A DNA stretch of 64,000 nt from a virus (taxonomy: Duplodnaviria; Caudoviricetes), in IMG/VR virus record IMGVR_UViG_2562617158_000001, positions 13,029 to 77,028 of that record; one strand, 5' to 3'. The notes beneath the pieces were generated by a model. The model saw nothing but the letters and a program-made list of their open reading frames with translations, was not told the origin of the DNA and searched no databases. Of this stretch, positions 18,728-27,485 are shown one piece after another. The stretch's first letter is position 1, and each line of letters starts with the position of its first letter. The translations under genes were made by a program, and so were the position numbers.

Positions 18728-19426
18728 TTGACAAAATACGATTATAGTAGAGAGAACTTAGCTAAAATAGTCTCTCAGTCTGAATCTATTTCTGATGTTG
18801 CAAGAGCCTTAGGAATGACTACGAAGGGTGCAAACCATAATACGTTAAAAAGAAAAATTAACGAATTTGATTTGGACACAAGTCATTTTAAAGGGAAAGG
18901 ATGGAGCAAGGGCAGGAGCCTTGAAAAAGTACCTATAGAAGATTATTTAAATAATACCAGAAAAATATCTTCATGGAAATTAAAAAATAGACTTCTAGAA
19001 GAGCATTTGAAAGAAAATGTTTGTGAAATATGCGGCATATCAGAATGGAATGGAAAGCCAATTTCTTGTCAACTACACCATAAAGATGGAGATAATACTA
19101 ATAATTCATTAGATAATCTACAAATGTTATGCCCCAATTGCCATAGTCAAACAGATAATTTTGCAGGGAGGAAAAATCGTAAACATAGTGCGAGGAGACG
19201 TAAGCATATATCAAATATTGATAGAGCACTAACAAAAGAAGAACGGAGTAAGATAAATCAACACCCTCGACTAGGGCTTAGACGGGTAGCTAGGCCAAGC
19301 TATTTACAATTTAAGAAAGAATTAACGGAATTTAATAATAACTATTGTGCGATGGCAAGAAAGTATGGTATTTCTGATAGTGCTATAAGAAAGTGGGAGA
19401 AATCCTATAAAAAATATGGGGTTTAG
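18728..19426 (+). CDS. HNH homing endonuclease
   Basis: CEICG..LHHKDGDNTNNSLDNLQMLCPNCHSQT; AT-rich codon usage. Confidence 0.93.
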   Translation: MTKYDYSRENLAKIVSQSESISDVARALGMTTKGANHNTLKRKINEFDLDTSHFKGKGWSKGRSLEKVPIEDYLNNTRKISSWKLKNRLLEEHLKENVCEICGISEWNGKPISCQLHHKDGDNTNNSLDNLQMLCPNCHSQTDNFAGRKNRKHSARRRKHISNIDRALTKEERSKINQHPRLGLRRVARPSYLQFKKELTEFNNNYCAMARKYGISDSAIRKWEKSYKKYGV

Positions 19427-19465
19427 GTCCTGCATCCGTTGGTTCGAATCCAACCACTTCTGCCA
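19419..19465 (+). pseudogene. 3' fragment of the disrupted tRNA (anticodon loop, T arm, acceptor strand, CCA)
   Basis: GGG-TTTAGGT-CCTGC-ATCC-GTTGG-TTCGAAT-CCAAC-CACTTCT-G-CCA. Confidence 0.8.
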
Positions 19466-19479
19466 ATATGAAATTACAT

Positions 19480-19882
19480 GAAATAGCCATCGGTATGTCT
19501 GTGAACAGAATCCGTAGAATGGGCGTTGGCATTCCTAGACCTTGCGGAGGGGTCTATAATATCTAACCGTAAATGTCATCGGGGTTTTCACAGGGATTCC
19601 GATGACTACATAGATTATTACACTGTATGCATAAAAGCATGGTTCGCTATGAGAATCATTGCTAACCCATATGGTGTTCATCACGGTGAGTCGGGGTAGC
19701 TCCCCATAGACAGGTTTCCATTCCTTCCCCTGTCAGCTCACCGTTATTTATGACAAGAACAAGGTTAACGCCTTGTGATTGCGAACATGATATGTGAAAG
19801 CTGAAAATTCAGCTGTAACCTATTTAGCTCGTCCGCAACAATGCGGAATCGAGTATCTGGGGTCGTAAGACGCGACCCCTGC
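19480..19882 (+). ncRNA. candidate highly structured ncRNA in the tRNA island
   Basis: no credible ORF; many stems (GTCATCGG/CCGATGAC, ACGGTGAG/CTCACCGT, GACAGG/CCTGTC, AGCTGAA/TTCAGCT, GGGGTCG/CGACCCC). Confidence 0.45.
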
Positions 19883-19886
19883 TTAT

Positions 19887-20003
19887 GTCGTAGTAGCTCA
19901 AGGGATGGACATTCCATCTGTGGCGAGAGCAAAGGAGCATATGCTTAACGAGGTGCACATCGTTAATTAATCCTTGATACGGGTTCGAGTCCCGTCTATG
20001 GCT
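19887..20003 (+). ncRNA. tRNA-like RNA with insertions in the D loop and anticodon loop
   Basis: GTCGTAG/CTATGGC acceptor, GCTC/GAGC D stem, AAGGA/TCCTT anticodon stem, ACGGG-TTCGAGT-CCCGT T arm; 27-nt D loop, 34-nt anticodon loop. Confidence 0.75.
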
Positions 20004-20009
20004 TATTAT

Positions 20010-20084
20010 GCCAATGTGGCGCAATGGTAGCGCAGCGCACCTGTAATGCGAAGGTTGTCAGTTCAATCCTGACCATTGGCTCCA
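20010..20084 (+). tRNA. tRNA-Thr(UGU)
   Basis: GCCAATG/CATTGGC acceptor, GCGC D stem, CC TGT AA loop, GTCAG-TTCAATC-CTGAC T arm, encoded CCA. Confidence 0.88.
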
Positions 20085-20116
20085 TTAAAAAACAATACAC
20101 AGAAAGGGTTTATCAT

Positions 20117-20410
20117 ATGGATGACTACAGAGTACCAACGGATGAACAGGAGACAGTTATTCAATTTGACCGCAATGGCACGGTTTGCCATGTCTATACA
20201 ACAGACCTCACTGTGATGACAAAGCTTGATAAGAAATACAAGCGTGTCAAACAGGATTATGTTAATAGAAAGCCCATTGCGGCGTACTATGAGTTTGATA
20301 AGAGACTACTGTCGTTTCGCTCTAAGGTAATGAAAAAGAATCTTTCCGATGAAGAAAAGAAAAAAGCTAGAGAACAATTAGCGAAGAACAGAAAAATGAA
20401 AGGAAAGTAA
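20117..20410 (+). CDS. hypothetical basic protein
   Basis: RBS gaaaggg before MDDYRVP; the longer ORF call overlaps the tRNA. Confidence 0.55.
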   Translation: MDDYRVPTDEQETVIQFDRNGTVCHVYTTDLTVMTKLDKKYKRVKQDYVNRKPIAAYYEFDKRLLSFRSKVMKKNLSDEEKKKAREQLAKNRKMKGK

Positions 20411-20489
20411 TTTCAATTCTATGTCAAATTTTTAGGTAATACAACCTATATTTGCCTTGTCCTTCCGTTGGCCTATATAGTTAGACCTA

Positions 20490-21161
20490 TTGGAAAAACA
20501 AGGAGGAATTTCTATGGCAAACAAGCATCCAGTGCCACCACCACCGAGAATCAATCGAGCAGACCATCCGCATTTTGAATCTGCGGGTATGACATTGGTC
20601 GAACAGTACAACCTGACAAACCTTGTCCGTGAAAAGCGCATGCAGGGCATGAGTTACCGTGAGTTGACGGATTACATCAATAACACAAAGGGACTCATTC
20701 CGAACAACTATAAGATTTCACACAATTCTATTGCGCGTTACTGTAGAGACCACGGACTTGGCGGGGATGTCTCTGAGCAATCCAATGATGAAGCTGTGAA
20801 TGTATATAGAGAGAATTGTAAATCTCTCCATGACATCAACACAGCTCTCGATATCATCTCTGTACAACTCGATGAAATGAATAAACAGGTTGGCAAGGGT
20901 TCCGTCAATGTAAAGGACCTGAGTGTCATGATTAACTCGTTGGATAAGCTCACACTGCGCCGTCAAACGCTCACGGCATCCATCGGAGAGATGCAGGAGA
21001 AAGTATACAAATACGAGACGATCTCTCGTATCATTGGCACAGTGATGGCAAAGGTATCTGTATGGATTACACCAGAACAGTATGAAGAACTCAAAGATAT
21101 GCTTCGCCAGGACCCGATTCTCTGTGAAGCATTACGTGAAGTTGCACCATCTAACATTTAA
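20490..21161 (+). CDS. putative terminase small subunit (HTH plus coiled coil)
   Basis: REKRMQGMSYRELTDYIN..ISHNSIARYC HTH-like segment; position upstream of terL. Confidence 0.5.
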   Translation: MEKQGGISMANKHPVPPPPRINRADHPHFESAGMTLVEQYNLTNLVREKRMQGMSYRELTDYINNTKGLIPNNYKISHNSIARYCRDHGLGGDVSEQSNDEAVNVYRENCKSLHDINTALDIISVQLDEMNKQVGKGSVNVKDLSVMINSLDKLTLRRQTLTASIGEMQEKVYKYETISRIIGTVMAKVSVWITPEQYEELKDMLRQDPILCEALREVAPSNI

Positions 21162-21261
21162 GGAGGATAACCATGTCGATGGAAGAGAAGAACAGGCGCA
21201 TGAACCATGTGAAGAAAGGCAAAGATGTTCGGCGTACCGTGAAGAATAGAGAGGATAAGAA

Positions 21262-22167
21262 ATGGGCGAAAAAGGAAATCATGCAGTACAAGACACGGTG
21301 ATTGTTGATGGAGATGTCTATATGGACAGCCGTGTGATTGCATGGGAGTTGCACCGCGCTCACAAGGATATCCTCGAAAAGGTACGTAGGTACACAACGG
21401 ATTCCCTTGATTCTTACTATATAGACAAACAAGGGAAAAGACGAACGTCATATCTTGTCTCTCGTGATGGTTTTATCTTGATGAATATACAAGGACGCGT
21501 CGATGAACGACTCAGGATTCTCCATCGTTATGACATGGCTAAATCCGTAACAACTATTGATAAACAGCTCAATGCATTACGTCACGATCTTAATGAATCT
21601 GGTGTTGTCCGTCCATGGATTAATCCAAGGTATCAGCTTGATAATCTCAAGTCCATCTACAAGGATGTGACTGGTGATGATACGCCGAGAGGTTTCTATG
21701 ATTCCATCGGTGATTGGATGGGTATCAATGTACCCTATAGCCATCGTTTGAAAATCACTGTACGGGATTGGATTTTACAGAATATCCCGATTGAGAAAAT
21801 CAAGGAATTCGTCACAGGTATTCAATCACACACCATTGTCCGTAGCGAACGAGGGCATTGGATTTGTCTTGGCGGATTCGACAACAACACCGTTGAATGG
21901 GACAAGATTGTCAATGAATTCCATGGAAAGTGCGCATACTGTGGCGAAGAGAAGCCATTGTTGCCAGAGCATATCATTCCGCAAACAGTGCTCAGTAAGG
22001 AGCATCCAGAGCTTGTCGATAGGATTCAGAATGTTGTTCCTAGCTGCTCTGATTGTAACCATAGCAAATTACGGTACAACTGGGAGCGATGGTTTAAGAG
22101 TCAACCATTCTATACAGAGTCCCGTTTCAATGCGATAAAAAGACATATTAACAAATACAAGATGTAA
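21262..22167 (+). CDS. Rha-like N-terminal domain fused to a C-terminal HNH nuclease
   Basis: MDSRVIAWELHRAHKDILEKVR..YIDKQGKRRTSYLVSRDGFILM (Rha); CAYCG..EHIIPQ..NVVPSCSDCNHSK (HNH). Confidence 0.8.
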   Translation: MGEKGNHAVQDTVIVDGDVYMDSRVIAWELHRAHKDILEKVRRYTTDSLDSYYIDKQGKRRTSYLVSRDGFILMNIQGRVDERLRILHRYDMAKSVTTIDKQLNALRHDLNESGVVRPWINPRYQLDNLKSIYKDVTGDDTPRGFYDSIGDWMGINVPYSHRLKITVRDWILQNIPIEKIKEFVTGIQSHTIVRSERGHWICLGGFDNNTVEWDKIVNEFHGKCAYCGEEKPLLPEHIIPQTVLSKEHPELVDRIQNVVPSCSDCNHSKLRYNWERWFKSQPFYTESRFNAIKRHINKYKM

Positions 22168-22182
22168 GGGAGGTGTCAAAGA

Positions 22183-23838
22183 TTGTCCACTGATATTATG
22201 AAGGAAATCTTTGGTAATTCCCTTAGACGCACGGGAGAAAAAGAGACCCCTAAAGACCGAGCAGCGCACGACTTTCAGTTTTTCTGCGAGTATTATCTAG
22301 CTGATTACTTTACATCCCCATGGAGTGAAGCGTTCCACAAATGGCTTATACACAAATACGAAGACATCATCTTCAATCACAAGGATGAACAGAACAAGGT
22401 CTGCGTCTCGTCCCCACGAGGTCATGCTAAGTCAACCTTGTCATCTTTTGCGTTTGTCCTCTGGTGCGCGTTGTATGGCTATAAGAAGTTCATCGTTATC
22501 ATCTCGGCAACGGCCATTGTTGCTAAACAGTTCATCCTGAATATCCGTGATGCGATTGAATTTAATCCATTGATTAAGCGTGATTTCGGCAGTCTCAAGA
22601 ATGATAGTCTGTGGAACTCTCAGGAGCTGCTTCTTCGTACTGGTGCTTATATCATCTGTAAAGGCGCAAACGCACAGCTCCGTGGACTTCAGTTTGGCGG
22701 CACTCGTCCTGACCTGGCACTCCTTGATGATATGGAGTCCCAGGAAGAAGTCGATAGTCCAACACAGGTTGATTCATTGGAACACTGGTTGACAGCAGAT
22801 GTCATCCCGATGCTTTCCGTTGATGGAGACGCGATCTTCATCGGAACGGTACTGAGTTACAACTCTGTTCTCTGGAGACTCCTGACAGAAGCAAGGTTTG
22901 CATCGTGGGAGCGCAAGAGATTCCAAGCAGTCATTGAATTTTCTCCGAGCAACCTTTGGGCTGAATGGGAAAGCATCATGACAGACCTGTCACGCGGTGA
23001 CAATGCCTATCGAGAAGCCAAGAATTTTTACAACGAACATAAAGAAGAGATGCTTGATGGTGCTAAAGTTCTTTGGCCTGACCAGAGAAAGGACCAGTAC
23101 CTGTACCTCATGGAAAAGCGCTTGGAATCCGAGGAGTCCTTTGCTAGTGAGTATCAGAATGACCCGATGACAGAGAATCTTCGTGTATTCAAAACAGAGT
23201 GGCTTGAGAACAACTATTACGAGGAGACTCCTGATATCAAAGAGGTCAACATTGCGCTTGACCCTGCTGTCAGTACGTCCCGTACCGCAGACTATTCGGT
23301 CATCCTTGTATTAGGGCGAGGAACAGACAATTACTTCTATGTACTTGAGTGCGATGCTCAGAAGAGAAGCGGCGACAAGCTCATTGATGATGCAAAGAAA
23401 ATTATTGCAACATACTATAGATATCGTCCGAAGATTATCTGTGAGACCAATCAGTTTCAGGCATTCTTCTCGACAACATTACAAAAAGACTTGATTGACT
23501 CTGGTATTTATTTGGAATGGATTGATGTCATGCATATGGGTAAAGATAAAAAGAAAACTCGTATCGAAAGCCTTGCGCCCCATATCCGTCAAGGCCACAT
23601 CAAATTCAAGAAGGACCAGAGTTTGTTACTATATCAGCTGCGTATGTACCCTAGGACTCATGATGATTGCCCTGATGCACTCCATATGGCAATCAGTCCA
23701 ATGCTCGAATCGTCAATCGCCAAGTTCTCCTTTGGCAGTTTTGGCGGCAACACGACACACAACGAGAACGGCTCTAGGATGACCATAAGGCAGCTCGGTG
23801 AACAATTAAAGAAATGGGGAGGTGAAACTTACGAATAA
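22183..23838 (+). CDS. terL: terminase large subunit
   Basis: SPRGHAKST Walker A, RPDLALLDDME Walker B, IALDPA and HDDCPDAL RNaseH-like nuclease. Confidence 0.95.
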   Translation: MSTDIMKEIFGNSLRRTGEKETPKDRAAHDFQFFCEYYLADYFTSPWSEAFHKWLIHKYEDIIFNHKDEQNKVCVSSPRGHAKSTLSSFAFVLWCALYGYKKFIVIISATAIVAKQFILNIRDAIEFNPLIKRDFGSLKNDSLWNSQELLLRTGAYIICKGANAQLRGLQFGGTRPDLALLDDMESQEEVDSPTQVDSLEHWLTADVIPMLSVDGDAIFIGTVLSYNSVLWRLLTEARFASWERKRFQAVIEFSPSNLWAEWESIMTDLSRGDNAYREAKNFYNEHKEEMLDGAKVLWPDQRKDQYLYLMEKRLESEESFASEYQNDPMTENLRVFKTEWLENNYYEETPDIKEVNIALDPAVSTSRTADYSVILVLGRGTDNYFYVLECDAQKRSGDKLIDDAKKIIATYYRYRPKIICETNQFQAFFSTTLQKDLIDSGIYLEWIDVMHMGKDKKKTRIESLAPHIRQGHIKFKKDQSLLLYQLRMYPRTHDDCPDALHMAISPMLESSIAKFSFGSFGGNTTHNENGSRMTIRQLGEQLKKWGGETYE

Positions 23839-25141
23839 ATTACAGAGATTCCTTGCATCCAAGATTCCATCCATGAAACTCTTGTGGACTGACCGATATG
23901 GCATGAATATCCCAAATGAGAATAAGGCACGGAAAATGACGTTACCTCCCCCAGACAAACGGAGACTCCGTAACCTCTCCCGTGAACCTATCGTGCGAAA
24001 AGCCATGAATATCATCAGTGATGCCGTGTCATCAATGCCATACACCATTGATGTGATTGCCCCAGGACGCAAGAAGTATGTCAAAGAGATTGCTGTGATT
24101 CAGAATATCATCGAGCATCCGAACGTCATTGATAGTCGGCGCAGCTTCACGAAGAGAATCATGGACGATGCACTGGTCTTAGATGCGATGGTTGTTGAAG
24201 CGGCCAAAGGAAGTGACCGTAATCATCCCATTTACCTTTACCCTGTAGATGCAGGGACAATCAAGCTGCTTGAACCATGGGATTACACGAATCCGCATGG
24301 ATTCCGCTATGTACAGGACCAAGAGCATGGTGCTCAGAAGTTCACGGCAGACACGATCTTCTATGGCACTCGTCAGAATTTCACGGATACACACTATGGC
24401 TGTTCTCCTGTCCGCTATGCATACAAATACATCAGTGATTACATTGAAGCCTGTGCAAGAGCTAACGATATTGCGACGAATACAACGTCGAGCTTTATTG
24501 TCGGACTCAAGGATGCAACTCCAGAGATGGTTGAGAAGTTCCGTGACTACATGACAAATGAGATTGAAGGTACAGGTCATATCCCTGTCGTTGGTGGTAC
24601 GGATATTGATAGTAGGCAGATTCGTAGCATCAACAAGGACAACCTTGGTATCGACTGGATTGACAGGCTGACAAAAATCATTGCTATGTCTTTCAGTATC
24701 CCTCCTGAAGAACTCGGTATTACCATTCAGAACGATAGAAGTACTGAAGATGACCGTGATAACTCCATGACAGAGGGTGCAATCAAACCATACGCCTATC
24801 TCCTTGAGGACTTGTATAACAACTACGTCATTGCAAAGATGGGACTTGGTGGTGTACTAAAATTCCGATTCATCCATGAGGATAGTGAGAATCAGAAAAC
24901 AGCAAAGAGTACACGGCTTGTCAATGAATATAAAGCTGACCTTATTACGGAGAATGAGTTCCGTACACTTTGCGGATACGAAGAGAGTCAGTCGAAATAC
25001 GCCAATATGACACACGTTGAAAAGACAGCTAATCTCAATGTTGACCTTGGAATCGCAGGCGGTGGCGGCTTCAATGGTGTTGGTGATGTTAAGAATACAA
25101 CAAAAGATGATGGTAGCAAGAAGGATGGTGATAGTGGTTGA
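23822..25141 (+). CDS. portal protein
   Basis: follows terL; LYPVDAGTIK, YGCSPV, IAMSFSIPPEELG portal-like motifs. Confidence 0.85.
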   Translation: MKLTNKLQRFLASKIPSMKLLWTDRYGMNIPNENKARKMTLPPPDKRRLRNLSREPIVRKAMNIISDAVSSMPYTIDVIAPGRKKYVKEIAVIQNIIEHPNVIDSRRSFTKRIMDDALVLDAMVVEAAKGSDRNHPIYLYPVDAGTIKLLEPWDYTNPHGFRYVQDQEHGAQKFTADTIFYGTRQNFTDTHYGCSPVRYAYKYISDYIEACARANDIATNTTSSFIVGLKDATPEMVEKFRDYMTNEIEGTGHIPVVGGTDIDSRQIRSINKDNLGIDWIDRLTKIIAMSFSIPPEELGITIQNDRSTEDDRDNSMTEGAIKPYAYLLEDLYNNYVIAKMGLGGVLKFRFIHEDSENQKTAKSTRLVNEYKADLITENEFRTLCGYEESQSKYANMTHVEKTANLNVDLGIAGGGGFNGVGDVKNTTKDDGSKKDGDSG

Positions 25142-26058
25142 GTAAAGAATTGATGAAGAGTTCCTTGACAGAAGTCACAATGTCCTCGGAACTTGGTAAG
25201 ATGGTTATCAATGGCTGCATTACGAAGATTGGCAAAGCATCTACTGGTGCTCCTTGTGGTACTGATGGAAAGCTCGCTGTGTTTACCGCAGAATCTATTA
25301 AGAAATGCGCCGATACATTCGTCGGTATGCCATTGAACTGCACATATCCTGATGGATGGTTTGCAGATGGTACGGATTTGTTTACGAATCACGGCGATAT
25401 GAACATTGGTTATATCCGCAGTGTTGAAGCGAAAGACGATAACCTTATGGCAGAAATCGTCGTATGGAAAGATAAATTCCCTGAAGAAGCATTCATGATT
25501 GTGAATGGCGCAGAAGCACTCGGCTTTAGCGTTGAGTGGTATGCAACGCAGACACATGAAGATGAAGAAAATGTCTATATGGATGAATTTCAGGGTGCTG
25601 GCTGTGCAATCCTTTGGAAGAACTGCGCAGCTTTTAGTGACACGTTTATTGAGACTCTTGCAGCAAGCAGAGATAAAAAGAATAGGAGTGATAATTCTAT
25701 GAATGAACAGGAAAAGAAAGAGATTATCGACAGCATTATGGCTGGTTTGGATGAGAAGCTGAAAGGCTACGAGGAGAAAATTGGTGAGATCAAGGCGTCC
25801 GTCGAGAAGGTTAAGGGTGACGTTGATGAATCCGTAAAGGCTTCGATTGAGGAAGTCAAGGCAGATATGGAGAAGGCCAAGGATGAGTTCAAGGCATCTG
25901 TTGCTGTTCCGCAGCCGAAAACGCAGGAGCCTGCAAAGAACCCGTTTGAGGGTGGCGAGGAGAAGTCCAAGGAAGAGAAGATTGCAGAAATCAATGCTTC
26001 CAACATGTCTCTCGCTGATAAGCTCCATGAGATCACGAAGATTCGCTACGGTAAGTAA
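25138..26058 (+). CDS. prohead protease/scaffold protein
   Basis: between portal and capsid; ALGFSVEW protease-like Ser motif, acidic coiled-coil C-terminus. Confidence 0.7.
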   Translation: MSKELMKSSLTEVTMSSELGKMVINGCITKIGKASTGAPCGTDGKLAVFTAESIKKCADTFVGMPLNCTYPDGWFADGTDLFTNHGDMNIGYIRSVEAKDDNLMAEIVVWKDKFPEEAFMIVNGAEALGFSVEWYATQTHEDEENVYMDEFQGAGCAILWKNCAAFSDTFIETLAASRDKKNRSDNSMNEQEKKEIIDSIMAGLDEKLKGYEEKIGEIKASVEKVKGDVDESVKASIEEVKADMEKAKDEFKASVAVPQPKTQEPAKNPFEGGEEKSKEEKIAEINASNMSLADKLHEITKIRYGK

Positions 26059-26073
26059 TTTAGACTAACAGAC

Positions 26074-26105
26074 AAGACTGTTGCATTTGCAATGGTCTTT
26101 TTTTA
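26074..26105 (+). terminator. intrinsic terminator
   Basis: aagactgttgca-tt-tgcaatggtctt followed by T-run. Confidence 0.65.
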
Positions 26106-26126
26106 TTGGAAAGGATGATGTGAATA

Positions 26127-27203
26127 ATGAGTAATGGTGTACTTTTTAGTGCGGCTATCGCAACTACAGACAAAGGTCAGCCGATTAAGGCTGCATCGAA
26201 TCCGATTAGCGTTTACAATGAAGACCATATGTTGGTCGTCGGGGACTATGACAAGGTCCTCCATGATTATCTGAAACGTGACTTTGCACTTGCTGTTAAG
26301 GTCAACAGTGTCCGTGCATCGGGCTATCCGCATGTATGGAATGAGCAGAAGGGTCTCCCTGCAAATACGCAGGCTGTTGACCCGAAGGTCGGCTTTGGCA
26401 CGACGGATGCTCCGTCTTATCGTCCGAAGACGCTCTCCACGGAATACAAGCGTGATAACTGGAAGCAGGCATTTGCTCGTTGCTATTCTACGGGTATCCG
26501 CTATGATTACTTCACGCGCCAGATGGAGAATAACTACGGTACGTTCGAGAATCTGACCGAGAAGGACTACAACGACATGTTCGTTGACTTCACGAAGACT
26601 ACGTGCAATGACTTCTGGAATGGCGCAACGAAGTTTGACGCAACGGATGCATTTACGTACTACGGTGTTATCGCTCAGATTTCTGAGAATAAGGACAATG
26701 TTACGGCTATTGCTGATGGCACGAAGATTGCCGATGCACTCAACACGAAGATTGCAAACCTCATGGCTCGCCTTGACTACACTGGCTACCCGGATGTCAT
26801 TGCAATGAACCCTGCAACGTATGACATTCTCATCAAGGAAGAAGCAGAGCGTTCCCTGTATCAGCGTGATATCACGACGGAAATTGTCCCGGGCGTCAAA
26901 GTTCCGGCATTCTTCACACCGATGGGCAAGCTCCCGATTGTCCTTACGCCGTTCATTAAGCCGACGGTTGATTCCTCCGCTGGTACGACGAAGCACCAGA
27001 TCGTTGCAATCAATTCGGCTATGATTGACCGTATCTGGCTCTTTAATGACGCCCCGAAGGTCTATGAGATTGCTAACCCGGAGCTCCCGCTTGCAAATGA
27101 CCGACTCCTCACGGATAAGTTTGTACTCGACTTTGCCAACTACATCGTCCATGGTGTTGACACGGGTATGCACTTCATCCTCACGAAAACGGTGAAGAAC
27201 TGA
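26127..27203 (+). CDS. major capsid protein
   Basis: 358 aa, strong high-expression codon bias, position after scaffold. Confidence 0.85.
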   Translation: MSNGVLFSAAIATTDKGQPIKAASNPISVYNEDHMLVVGDYDKVLHDYLKRDFALAVKVNSVRASGYPHVWNEQKGLPANTQAVDPKVGFGTTDAPSYRPKTLSTEYKRDNWKQAFARCYSTGIRYDYFTRQMENNYGTFENLTEKDYNDMFVDFTKTTCNDFWNGATKFDATDAFTYYGVIAQISENKDNVTAIADGTKIADALNTKIANLMARLDYTGYPDVIAMNPATYDILIKEEAERSLYQRDITTEIVPGVKVPAFFTPMGKLPIVLTPFIKPTVDSSAGTTKHQIVAINSAMIDRIWLFNDAPKVYEIANPELPLANDRLLTDKFVLDFANYIVHGVDTGMHFILTKTVKN

Positions 27204-27278
27204 TAACTAAGTGAAATCGTCGCTTGGCATTCAACCAACAAATAAACAAACCATGCGGCTTTTATAGGAGGTAGTTAG

Positions 27279-27485
27279 ATGGCAAGAACAGCAAAAGCAG
27301 CAGCAACAACGGAAAAGCCAGTTGTTGAAGCAACGGATAAACCAGTGGAGTGTGAAGTGAAAGACTTTTTGAAATCTCATGGTTCTATCATGCTTGGCAC
27401 TCACTTCATTCCGATTGTTGGTGGTAAGGTCAAAATCAGTGCAAAGACAAAGGAAATCTTTGAGAAAAGTGGGTTCCTGAAATGA
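27279..27485 (+). CDS. small head-associated protein
   Basis: position after MCP. Confidence 0.5.
   Translation: MARTAKAAATTEKPVVEATDKPVECEVKDFLKSHGSIMLGTHFIPIVGGKVKISAKTKEIFEKSGFLK

Noticed and set aside
19419-19430. Functional tRNA-Leu(UAG) or suppressor tRNA from the 3' fragment
   Set aside because: No contiguous 5' half or D arm, short variable loop, and G73 do not fit Leu; treated as a relic.
19486-20003. tmRNA or intron-containing tRNA using GCCATCG (19486) as the 5' acceptor strand
   Set aside because: No G3.U70 alanine identity, no tag ORF, no group I core; GTCGTAG at 19887 gives a better complete cloverleaf.
20024-20116. N-terminal extension of ORF 20024-20410
   Set aside because: Overlaps tRNA-Thr; the true start is likely ATG at 20117 with its own RBS.
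24988-27173. Long minus-strand ORFs (346 aa, 356 aa) opposite the scaffold and capsid genes, and similar ones opposite the tail and dnaE genes
   Set aside because: Antisense shadows of strongly codon-biased genes; no RBS or motifs.
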